This document shows positions 20,594-27,204 of a stretch of 27,204 bases of DNA, piece by piece. The stretch's first letter is position 1; each line of letters starts with the position of its first letter. The notes beneath the pieces were generated by a model. That model did not search any database, was not told the DNA's origin, and was given only the letters and a program-made list of their open reading frames with translations. This stretch comes from Pseudomonadota bacterium (GTDB lineage: Bacteria > Desulfobacterota > Desulfobacteria > Desulfobacterales > RPRI01), in assembly GCA_043825875.1 (NCBI GenBank), contig JBDRRF010000048.1, positions 1-27,204 on the forward strand, in the 5' to 3' direction. Position numbers and translations under genes: made by a program.

Positions 20594-20716
20594 TTTCAAG
20601 TTGCATTCAAAAAGATAACAAAGCAGCAAGGCGGTTTTCTACACAGGCGTATATTTAATATACATAGGACAGAACCGACAAAGCCAACGTAGCTATAATT
20701 TGAATGCGATTGGTAT
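20594..20716. mobile_element. Degenerate MITE (GCATTCAAA...TTTGAATGC ends)
   Basis: Left TTGCATTCAAA, right TTTGAATGCGATTGGTAT, central GTATAT-TTA-ATATAC hairpin. CAAGGCG and a central hairpin are also seen in the other MITEs. Confidence 0.6.
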
Positions 20717-20924
20717 GAACTTGATTTTCTATCTTGTATGCCATGAGAAATTTCCAAGCACAAGAATATTGAATAAGTTCCTCACTTCCATCGGTTAGAT
20801 AAAAACATATTATTGCCAAATCTCTTTAAATAGATTATGTATAATATCAAATCAATTTAGACGATTGATGATTATTCAGGAGAATTAAAATAATTTTTAT
20901 CCTTCTGAGCATCATTACATTTGT

Positions 20925-20959
20925 AAAGTTATCCAGAACTACTCAATAATTTGTTGGCA
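20925..20959 (+). other. Putative attI-like integron site (crossover G/TTGGCA at 20953)
   Basis: GTTGGCA is the exact reverse complement of the R'' box (TGCCAAC) closing cassette 1. No attC hairpin precedes it, and a second GTT core lies 25 bp upstream (20928). Confidence 0.5.
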
Positions 20960-21403
20960 ACGCGGGAAACTCTAAAGAAAAGACCCCTTTTCTTAATATT
21001 TGTTTTAATGTTTTTTCCCTGTGCGGCGAGCTATAATGGAGAACCCATGAAAGTGAAGGCTGACGCAATTGAGAAGCTTTCTCTTTTGGCGAATGAAGAC
21101 AATTTTGCTGAAGAAAAGGGTGGAATGTATACTAGTGTTCACGATCTTTTACTAAAAGAACGCCTTAATGCTCAATTTCATTCAACTGTGCGGGATTTTA
21201 TTAACGCGGTTAATACTGGGGCAACCAGAGAACAGTATATTCTTTTGCTCAGAGAGTTTATTTCCAGTTTTGATCGTGCTTTGCTGGATACAGAAGACGC
21301 AGAACATGTTGCAGGAAATTTCGAAAAAATAATGGACTGCATCGGGCTGGAGAGTTCTGATGGGATCTTGAACAATTGGATGTATGGTTTTGAACCAAAA
21401 TAA
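20954..21403 (+). CDS. Cassette 1: DUF4844-like protein
   Basis: C-terminal LDTEDAE...IMDCIGLESSDGILNNWMYGF resembles DUF4844. The start is either TTG at the crossover (giving a signal-like KKRPLFLIFVLMFF) or ATG 21047 after GGAG. Confidence 0.7.
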   Translation: MATRETLKKRPLFLIFVLMFFPCAASYNGEPMKVKADAIEKLSLLANEDNFAEEKGGMYTSVHDLLLKERLNAQFHSTVRDFINAVNTGATREQYILLLREFISSFDRALLDTEDAEHVAGNFEKIMDCIGLESSDGILNNWMYGFEPK

Positions 21404-21404
21404 T

Positions 21405-21532
21405 TGCCAACCTCACAGTGCGCCTGATCGGCTATTGCGTGCGGTTTTCAAAGATTGGCATTTATTGAACTCATTACCTGTTTGTTCAGGTTATTTTATA
21501 TTCTTCGCCGCCAGTTGACCGGGGCGTTAAAC
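21405..21532 (+). other. attC site 1 (intact, 128 bp)
   Basis: R'' TGCCAAC 1 bp after the stop; inner arms CTGATCGGC / GCCGCCAG; R' GTTAAAC fits GTTRRRY. Confidence 0.8.
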
Positions 21533-21553
21533 GTTTTATACCTATGGATAGTT

Positions 21554-22186
21554 ATGAGTTTTCTTGAAATTTGTTGGGAACAGAGAGAAGAAAGTATATA
21601 TAAGTCTTTGTTGGAAGACTTAGGCCCAGGGATTTATCCTCTTGATGCTAATGTATTTAGAGATAAATTTAAGAGAGAAGAACTAGATCCGCGTTGGTTT
21701 CACTACGGCGTATTTAAGTGTCCGCCGGTTGCCAATCGAAAACACTGGGTTTATATATCATCTGGAATGTCAAATCCGTGGGAAACAGATTCTCCTGAAG
21801 AATATTCTGGTTTTGGAACGGAGTTCCTGATAGAAACTCAGGAAGAATCGGCCTGGGCTATAACCGCGTTACATAGCTTGGTAGCGTTTAATATTTTGCT
21901 CTCTGTAGGGCACTATGGAGACAAACCTTTAGTGGACTACGGTGATAGAATGCCGTTGTCCGTTGAGCCATACATCACTAATGTAATGGTAACCCAGCCA
22001 AGAGATTTTCCTTCTTCATTTAATTTGGATTCTGGTAGAGTAGATTTACTTCAAATAACAGGTATTACGGCAGATGAACTTTCGTATGCTAAACGAACCA
22101 GCTCCGAAGAGTTAGCTCAACTAATTTATAGAAAAATGGGAACGCTCGCATTTAATCCAAAAAGAGAAAGCGTTGGAAAGGTATAA
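21554..22186 (+). CDS. Cassette 2: suppressor-of-fused (SUFU-like) domain protein
   Basis: WVYISSGMSNPW, SGFGTEF, GRVDLLQITGITADEL motifs. ATG 21554 is the first in-frame ATG after attC1; the ORF-track start lies inside the attC. Confidence 0.82.
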   Translation: MSFLEICWEQREESIYKSLLEDLGPGIYPLDANVFRDKFKREELDPRWFHYGVFKCPPVANRKHWVYISSGMSNPWETDSPEEYSGFGTEFLIETQEESAWAITALHSLVAFNILLSVGHYGDKPLVDYGDRMPLSVEPYITNVMVTQPRDFPSSFNLDSGRVDLLQITGITADELSYAKRTSSEELAQLIYRKMGTLAFNPKRESVGKV

Positions 22187-22212
22187 CAAACAACGCAAGC
22201 TGGACGTTGGAA
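22181..22212 (+). other. attC site 2, internally deleted (32 bp)
   Basis: R'' GTATAAC overlaps the stop and matches the cassette's own core GTTAAAC at 6/7. It is followed after only 18 bp by GTTGGAA, with no L boxes or stem. Confidence 0.6.
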
Positions 22213-22218
22213 AGAAAT

Positions 22219-22701
22219 ATGAGAATTATATCAATCATTTTATCATTTGCTATTATCAGCACTGTGGCTGCATGGGCTGACGAAAAGCCATTCGCTGTTT
22301 CGATCAAGCCGCGTTTGGGATTGGTGTTCGGTAAGCTTATTGAGATCGAAGGGAGAATAGTTGATGACACTGACAAACATCTACGGGTTCACTTGGGTAA
22401 GAAACTGATCTCGATCCATTCTATTGGGGATCGTGATTTGGCTTCTCCGGTTATTATGGAATTACGGATTTTCACATTTACCTCCGTCACGATTCCTAAA
22501 CGTGGTGTGTGGGTCAGATTCCGTGGATACGAGACTGGTGGATTCTCTGGCATACCTTATGATGCATTTAAGGATGTTCCAGTAGTCGCCACTGATGATC
22601 ACCATTTTGAGAGCTTTTTTCAAGTAACGAAAAAGCTGAAACCGTCTAAAGCCGAACCAGACACTCCACGGAATCAGTGCGGCACCCACGCCTCCCCGTG
22701 A
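22219..22701 (+). CDS. Cassette 3: hypothetical exported protein
   Basis: MRIISIILSFAIISTVAAWA/DE signal peptide; the ORF reads through attC3 and stops at the TGA in its L' box. Confidence 0.75.
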   Translation: MRIISIILSFAIISTVAAWADEKPFAVSIKPRLGLVFGKLIEIEGRIVDDTDKHLRVHLGKKLISIHSIGDRDLASPVIMELRIFTFTSVTIPKRGVWVRFRGYETGGFSGIPYDAFKDVPVVATDDHHFESFFQVTKKLKPSKAEPDTPRNQCGTHASP

Positions 22702-22716
22702 GTTTTAGCGACATAC
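22651..22716 (+). other. attC site 3 (R' mutated)
   Basis: R'' GCCGAAC; L'' ACTCCACGG pairs with L' CCGTGAGT with one extrahelical base; the R' position reads GACATAC instead of GTT. Confidence 0.7.
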
Positions 22717-22721
22717 AAGAA

Positions 22722-23285
22722 ATGAATTTTAATCCAACAAAAACTATATTCCGTTCTCCTCATTCAATTGAAGAGTGCCATAGACGTCTCAAAGAATCAG
22801 TTAATACGTCATTTTTTCCATATTTTTCATCTAAACAAATTGCGGGTAGGGTTTCAAAGCGATCAATTTCAATCAGTAAAAGAATATATTACAGGAATTC
22901 ATTCCAAACGGTTTTGCGTGCCTCTTTGAAGCCGATCCCAAGCGGTACAGAAATTATTTCAACTATAGGCTTACATCCTTTTGTAAAGATATTCATGTTC
23001 ATTTGGTTCGGCGGCCTAATAATTATTGGGGGTATAATATTCGTAATAGCTTTGTCATCTTTTTTTAAAGAGAATTCTCGCTCAGAAATCGGTTCCATCA
23101 TGGGAATTCTTATCCCTCCAGGAATGGCTATTTTTGGAATTGCATTGTTAAAATTCGGAAAATATTTAGCACGAGATGAATCGAAGGTGTTACAAAAATT
23201 CTTAATTGATTTGCTCGATGCTGAAGAAATTAACCATATCGAACAAGCGGTTGCACAAGGGCCGCTCGTATCTCGCAGCCTGTGA
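22722..23285 (+). CDS. Cassette 4: hypothetical membrane protein (2 TM)
   Basis: ATG 22722 just after attC3; two hydrophobic segments; reads through attC4 and stops in its L' box. Confidence 0.75.
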   Translation: MNFNPTKTIFRSPHSIEECHRRLKESVNTSFFPYFSSKQIAGRVSKRSISISKRIYYRNSFQTVLRASLKPIPSGTEIISTIGLHPFVKIFMFIWFGGLIIIGGIIFVIALSSFFKENSRSEIGSIMGILIPPGMAIFGIALLKFGKYLARDESKVLQKFLIDLLDAEEINHIEQAVAQGPLVSRSL

Positions 23286-23300
23286 ACCGCAGCGTGACCC
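23238..23300 (+). other. attC site 4 (R' mutated)
   Basis: R'' ATCGAAC; GCGGTTGCACA pairs with TGTGAACCGC with one extrahelical base; the R' position reads GTGACCC. Confidence 0.75.
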
Positions 23301-23325
23301 TATGCAAAGCAAACAGTAAAAGTCT

Positions 23326-23529
23326 ATGACGATGTTGCTCAATAGAAAAGAACGAAAAGAAGCCGCATATCCTGGCGCTTGTAATTGTCTTTGCCATACG
23401 GTGGTTCGGGTAGTCCATCCAATGCCTTGTTGTGAACCTTGTCCCTATTGCATGAAAATTATAGGCAGAGGGCTGTTGAGTCAGCATGAACCATACTGTA
23501 AGAAATTGATGAAGAAACCCGGACAGTGA
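23326..23529 (+). CDS. Small Cys/His-rich hypothetical protein
   Basis: 67 aa with CNCLCH, CCEPCPYC and HEPYC, directly after attC4; weak RBS. Confidence 0.5.
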   Translation: MTMLLNRKERKEAAYPGACNCLCHTVVRVVHPMPCCEPCPYCMKIIGRGLLSQHEPYCKKLMKKPGQ

Positions 23530-23649
23530 AAGTTCAAGACAAGGATTTGGTTGATGCAAAGCTTTTTCATCACCTCACGCCTTGACAGTGAGCGCGATCT
23601 TTTTCTTGGAATAGCTTATAACAATAAATAATACTGAGGATAATAACAA

Positions 23650-24129
23650 ATGACTGCTTATTCAAAAAAATGGCTGATGTTCGCAATTATATTTCTTGCG
23701 ATTCCCCAAATCACCGCTGCTGCTTCGGACAGGCAATTGTCCCAGGGAACTTTTAGTGTTGATCAGGAGCTTACGCAATCGTCAATCAACGCCAAACTAA
23801 CAGAAGAGATGTTGAAACAGGCAGCGGATGCCGGTTCTAAGATAAAACCCGAAGAAGTATTTTCTCGAATTATTAATAATAAATTGTCGGATCGTGTTTA
23901 TCATGTATTAGAGAATACAAAAATAGTGCTTAATGAGGATGGAAGCAGTATCACAATGAAGACGGATGGTTCTGACCGAAATGAGGGCAGGTGGACCCAA
24001 AAGGGCAGAAATATTATTATCTCACAAGAAGAAGGCCACTTTGTCGGAACCATCATCTCGGATAGTACTATTACATTTATAATTGGCGATATTATTGTGT
24101 ACTTCACACGGCAGCAAACGAATCCGTGA
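23650..24129 (+). CDS. Hypothetical exported protein
   Basis: GAGG RBS, signal peptide (KKWLMFAIIFLAIPQITAAA), beta-rich C-terminus. Confidence 0.75.
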   Translation: MTAYSKKWLMFAIIFLAIPQITAAASDRQLSQGTFSVDQELTQSSINAKLTEEMLKQAADAGSKIKPEEVFSRIINNKLSDRVYHVLENTKIVLNEDGSSITMKTDGSDRNEGRWTQKGRNIIISQEEGHFVGTIISDSTITFIIGDIIVYFTRQQTNP

Positions 24130-24238
24130 CACGGATTAGGCATGAATAGTAATGGGAAGTTGGGACAAATTAGAATTTCTGGGCATTGATAAATATGTCT
24201 TTCTTATTTAAACTTATACACGATTAATTTGACTATGC

Positions 24239-24267
24239 TTGTCATTGTCGCTAAGCGGAAGTAGAAT
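24239..24267 (+). promoter_or_regulatory. Putative sigma70 promoter of the YHS gene
   Basis: TTGTCA-17 bp-TAGAAT. Confidence 0.6.
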
Positions 24268-24351
24268 AGATGTGCCTGGAAGCTCTTGGCGACCTCGTAG
24301 ACTTTATCGGCGGGGCCGTTTTATAACTAACCTAAACGAAAGGAGTGTAAA

Positions 24352-24750
24352 ATGAAACAAGTTATTAATGCTGACCCTCATGGCAAAATAGCGCTGCAAG
24401 GCTATGATCCAGTGGCATTCCACACCGTTGGCAAGGCAGTTAAAGGCAATCCAGCCATATCGGCAGAATATCGCGGTTATAAGTATCTTTTCTCCTCTGA
24501 TGCAAACAAAGCGACATTTGAAAAGGAAGCGGAAAAATACCTGCCTGCGTACGGAGGTTTCTGTGCGTATGGTGTTTCCCTCGGCGTTTTATTTCCGGTA
24601 GAGATTGACACATGGGAGATCGTTGATGGTCGCCTCGTCTTGCAATACAATCTGGATATCAAGCAAAAGTTTGAGGAAGACAAAAAAGGGAATTTTCTCA
24701 AGGCAAATGATAACTGGCCGAAAATAGAAAAAGAAAAAGCCGGTAATTAA
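24352..24750 (+). CDS. YHS domain-containing protein
   Basis: ALQGYDPVAF, YLFSS.ANK..F, PAYGGFCAYG, KANDNWP; AAGGAG RBS. Confidence 0.88.
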   Translation: MKQVINADPHGKIALQGYDPVAFHTVGKAVKGNPAISAEYRGYKYLFSSDANKATFEKEAEKYLPAYGGFCAYGVSLGVLFPVEIDTWEIVDGRLVLQYNLDIKQKFEEDKKGNFLKANDNWPKIEKEKAGN

Positions 24751-24751
24751 G

Positions 24752-24788
24752 AGTCATAAACTTCCGGCAAAGCCTGAGGTCTATGACT
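24752..24788. repeat. Palindromic element resembling IS200/IS605-family end hairpins; possible terminator
   Basis: AGTCATAAACTTCCGGC-AAA-GCCTGAGGTCTATGACT, 14/17 Watson-Crick stem. Confidence 0.55.
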
Positions 24789-24909
24789 TGTTTAATCGAA
24801 ATGGAATTAAATCCATTTGCAGGGAAAACAGGACCTGCTTTTAATTATTATTGAAATTGTTAATGAGTCAAGGCAGACCCAACGCTCCTAATGACAAAAG
24901 GAGAATAAA

Positions 24910-25383
24910 ATGAACTACGATGAAGATAAAGTTGATGACTTTACCCTTGCATTACTCTATCTCGTGACTCATGAAAGAAAAGAAGGATATGGTGCAAGGG
25001 CTTGGAAGGGGTTTGATTGGGAAACCATGAACAGGCTTCATGATAAAGGCTATATCTCAAATCCGGTTGGGAAAACAAAGTCAGTAGTAATGACTGAAGA
25101 GGGTTTTTTAAAAGCCGAAGAACTTTTTGAAAAACACTTCGCAAAAGAGGCAAAGGTAATCTCATTACCCAAGCTTACCCCCATGGCTAAAAAACGATGG
25201 AACCAAATTCCTGAGCCGATAAGAAAAGATATATTGAATAACGTCTGGTGTTCAAGCTGTCGTACCGAAACATCAATACAACTCAGAGAAGGAGCAATGG
25301 AAAAACAATGCCTTATACTACACGGCGTTTGTAAGCACTGCGGCGGCGTGGTTGCCCGTTTGGTCGAGCCTGAGAATGAATAA
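24910..25383 (+). CDS. DUF6429-like domain fused to a CxxC...CxxC putative zinc-binding domain
   Basis: N-terminal LALLYL...RAWKGFDW..MNRLH.KGYISNP..K.KSV..TEEG; C-terminal NVWCSSC...CKHCGGVVARLVE; AAGGAG RBS. Confidence 0.8.
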   Translation: MNYDEDKVDDFTLALLYLVTHERKEGYGARAWKGFDWETMNRLHDKGYISNPVGKTKSVVMTEEGFLKAEELFEKHFAKEAKVISLPKLTPMAKKRWNQIPEPIRKDILNNVWCSSCRTETSIQLREGAMEKQCLILHGVCKHCGGVVARLVEPENE

Positions 25384-25470
25384 AACAATCAGATAGTATG
25401 CCATCTGATCAGCTTAACTGTATATGTTTTTGCTTCTTAGCAACACTTTAACCATCAAAGGAGTATAATA

Positions 25471-26622
25471 ATGAATGCAACGATTCAATCCGCACCGGTA
25501 GCAATTCCTGAGCACCAACTTGATGACTTAAAGCGCCGTCTCGACAATATACGCTGGCCTTCGCTTGAAACTAAATCCGACTGGTCGCAGGGAGTACCGC
25601 TTGCCTATGTAAAGGAACTCTGCGAATACTGGCGCAACCAATACGATTGGCGTTGTTGGGAAAACAAATTAAACAGCTTCGCGCCGCACAAAACAGTAAT
25701 TGATGGTTTGGGGATTCACTTTCTGCATGTTCGCTCTGCGCATGCCAATGCATTGCCCATGGTAATGACACACGGCTGGCCTGGCTCGATTGTAGAATTT
25801 CATAAGGTTATCGAACCGCTTACCAACCCCACTGCATTTGGTGGTAAAGCCGAAGACGCTTTTCACATAGTTTGTCCGACGTTGCCCGGCTATGGGTTTT
25901 CAGACAAACCGGAGTCGCCGGGTTGGGGGGTTGAAAAAATCGCTCAAGCGTGGGATAAGCTGATGGTTCGACTGGGCTATGAACGTTATGTTGCGCAAGG
26001 CGGCGATTGGGGTTCAGTTGTTACGCATCACATAGCACAAAGTCATACAAAAAATTGTATAGCATCGCATGTTAATATGGCGCTGGCTCTTCCCACCCCT
26101 GAAACTATGAATGATCTAACGGAAAGTGAAAAGTCGGCACTTGCCGGGCTCGAATATTACCAAGCAAGTGATTCAGGCTACTCTAAAGAACAAAGCACAC
26201 GCCCGCAAACGCTCGCTTACGGGCTTGCAGATTCGCCCAGCGGACAACTTGCCTGGATTGTTGAAAAATTTTGGGCGTGGACGGATTGCGGTGAAGGCAA
26301 AGAACGTCATCCTGAAAAAGCGCTAACCAAAGATGAAATGCTTGATAATGTAATGATGTACTGGCTCACTAACTCCGGCGGCTCATCTGCTCAGCTATAC
26401 TGGGAAAGCTTCGGTAATCAGAAGCGCGAACCGATCAACTCTCCTATGGGCCTGAGTATTTTCCCGCGCGAAATTTTCCGCTCATCCCGGCGCTGGGCCC
26501 AAAAGCGTTATCTGAATCTGATTCATTTCAATGAGCTTGATCGCGGGGGGCATTTTGCGGCATTCGAACAGCCGGAATTATTTGTCAAAGAACTACGTGA
26601 TTGCTTTAGGCAGATACGCTAA
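25471..26622 (+). CDS. Epoxide hydrolase (EHN / microsomal type)
   Basis: HGWPGS, QGGDWG nucleophile, GGHFAAFEQP, N-terminal EHN region (YDWR..E..LN). Confidence 0.93.
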   Translation: MNATIQSAPVAIPEHQLDDLKRRLDNIRWPSLETKSDWSQGVPLAYVKELCEYWRNQYDWRCWENKLNSFAPHKTVIDGLGIHFLHVRSAHANALPMVMTHGWPGSIVEFHKVIEPLTNPTAFGGKAEDAFHIVCPTLPGYGFSDKPESPGWGVEKIAQAWDKLMVRLGYERYVAQGGDWGSVVTHHIAQSHTKNCIASHVNMALALPTPETMNDLTESEKSALAGLEYYQASDSGYSKEQSTRPQTLAYGLADSPSGQLAWIVEKFWAWTDCGEGKERHPEKALTKDEMLDNVMMYWLTNSGGSSAQLYWESFGNQKREPINSPMGLSIFPREIFRSSRRWAQKRYLNLIHFNELDRGGHFAAFEQPELFVKELRDCFRQIR

Positions 26623-26643
26623 ACTATTACAAATAATTCGACT

Positions 26644-26994
26644 TTGTTCTTTAATGTCACGATCATGAAATTAAGAAAAGGAATGTATGCTGATACTGGT
26701 GCAAGCGATATTGTTTTGTCTCCTCATGATGCAAAAAAGATAGGTATTGAAACAAATAAACTCAGATTTGACAGGTTTTATGAAACTGCAAACGGCACAG
26801 TTCGCGGCAGCTCGATTCGGATTTCCGATTTAAGAATATTAGAGATTCAGTTAAAACAAATAGGTGCATCGGTAAACGAGGTTGCAATGCGCAATTCGCT
26901 TTTAGGAATGACTTTTTTTAAACGATTAAAAAGTTGCGAGGTTAGAAACGACGTATTAACGCTTTACTGGAAGCGGTTGAAAGCACCGCTTTAA
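26644..26994 (+). pseudogene. 5'-truncated clan AA retropepsin-like aspartic protease (TIGR02281-like)
   Basis: DTGAS, YETANG and SLLGMTF are present, but the usual N-terminal anchor and GHF strand before DTG are missing. Confidence 0.65.
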
Positions 26995-27076
26995 TTCCCC
27001 TTAATAAGGGGGGCAGGGGGGTTGTTCTTTTTTCACTCCTTTTAATCCATAATTTTTATTACAACCCCCTTTATCC
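26994..27076. repeat. Inverted REP pair (ATTCCCCTTAATAAGGGGGGCAGGGGGGTTGT ... ACAACCCCCT), right copy interrupted by the IS
   Basis: GGGGGTTGT / ACAACCCCC arms; same family as 20445-20555. Confidence 0.75.
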
Positions 27077-27204
27077 CATAAGCGCTAACTTAAGACTTGC
27101 ATTTCAAGTAAGAATGTGTCATATAATCGTCACAGAAAAAAAGGGAGAGTGACGATGGAGGTTAAGAATATTGCAAGCAAGGATAGTGATTGGGAGGTAT
27201 TATT
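27077..27204 (+). mobile_element. Left end of an IS4-family, IS186/IS421-like insertion sequence
   Basis: CATAAGCGCTAACTTAAG matches my recollection of the IS186 terminal repeat; followed by TTGCAT...TATAAT, an RBS and an ORF start. Confidence 0.75.
27155..27204 (+). CDS. Probable IS4-family transposase N-terminus (partial)
   Basis: MEVKNIASKDSDWEVL after GGGAG; the D.W..(I/L)L pattern resembles the IS186 transposase start. Only 16 codons are visible. Confidence 0.6.
   Translation, partial: MEVKNIASKDSDWEVL

Noticed and set aside
20717..20920. Remnant of an integron integrase on the minus strand
   Set aside because: The ATG-initiated frames I translated are short and show no tyrosine-recombinase motifs.
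21455..21553. ORF-track starts for the cassette genes at 21455 and 22677
   Set aside because: Both begin inside attC sites; the first ATGs after the crossover were used instead.
24352..24750. Selenoprotein version of the YHS family
   Set aside because: The motif has a Cys codon (GGFCAYG) and no in-frame TGA.

Overview
AT-rich bacterial window. Gene content and repeat families suggest an anaerobic Desulfobacterota/deltaproteobacterial host (inference). 1-17.5 kb is a core acyl-CoA metabolism block: a partial FAD oxidoreductase under a sigma54-like promoter, SDR, crotonase, sucD/sucC, and a methylmalonyl-CoA module (5S-biotin carrier fusion, small epsilon-like subunit, 12S carboxyltransferase, meaB, B12 mutase, epimerase, TetR), followed by a divergent crotonase + ADP-forming acyl-CoA synthetase + DUF2179 gene. 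17.5-20.7 kb holds three minus-strand genes interleaved with several MITE/REP families, some nested and some supplying stop codons. 20.95-23.3 kb is an integron gene-cassette array with no integrase in the window (CALIN-like). It has a putative attI-like start, one intact attC and three damaged attC sites, and is followed by further co-oriented accessory genes to 27.0 kb. The window ends in the left end of an IS186/IS421-like IS4-family element inserted into a REP palindrome. No rRNA, tRNA or CRISPR array was seen. All family assignments come from motif recognition by eye, not database searches.
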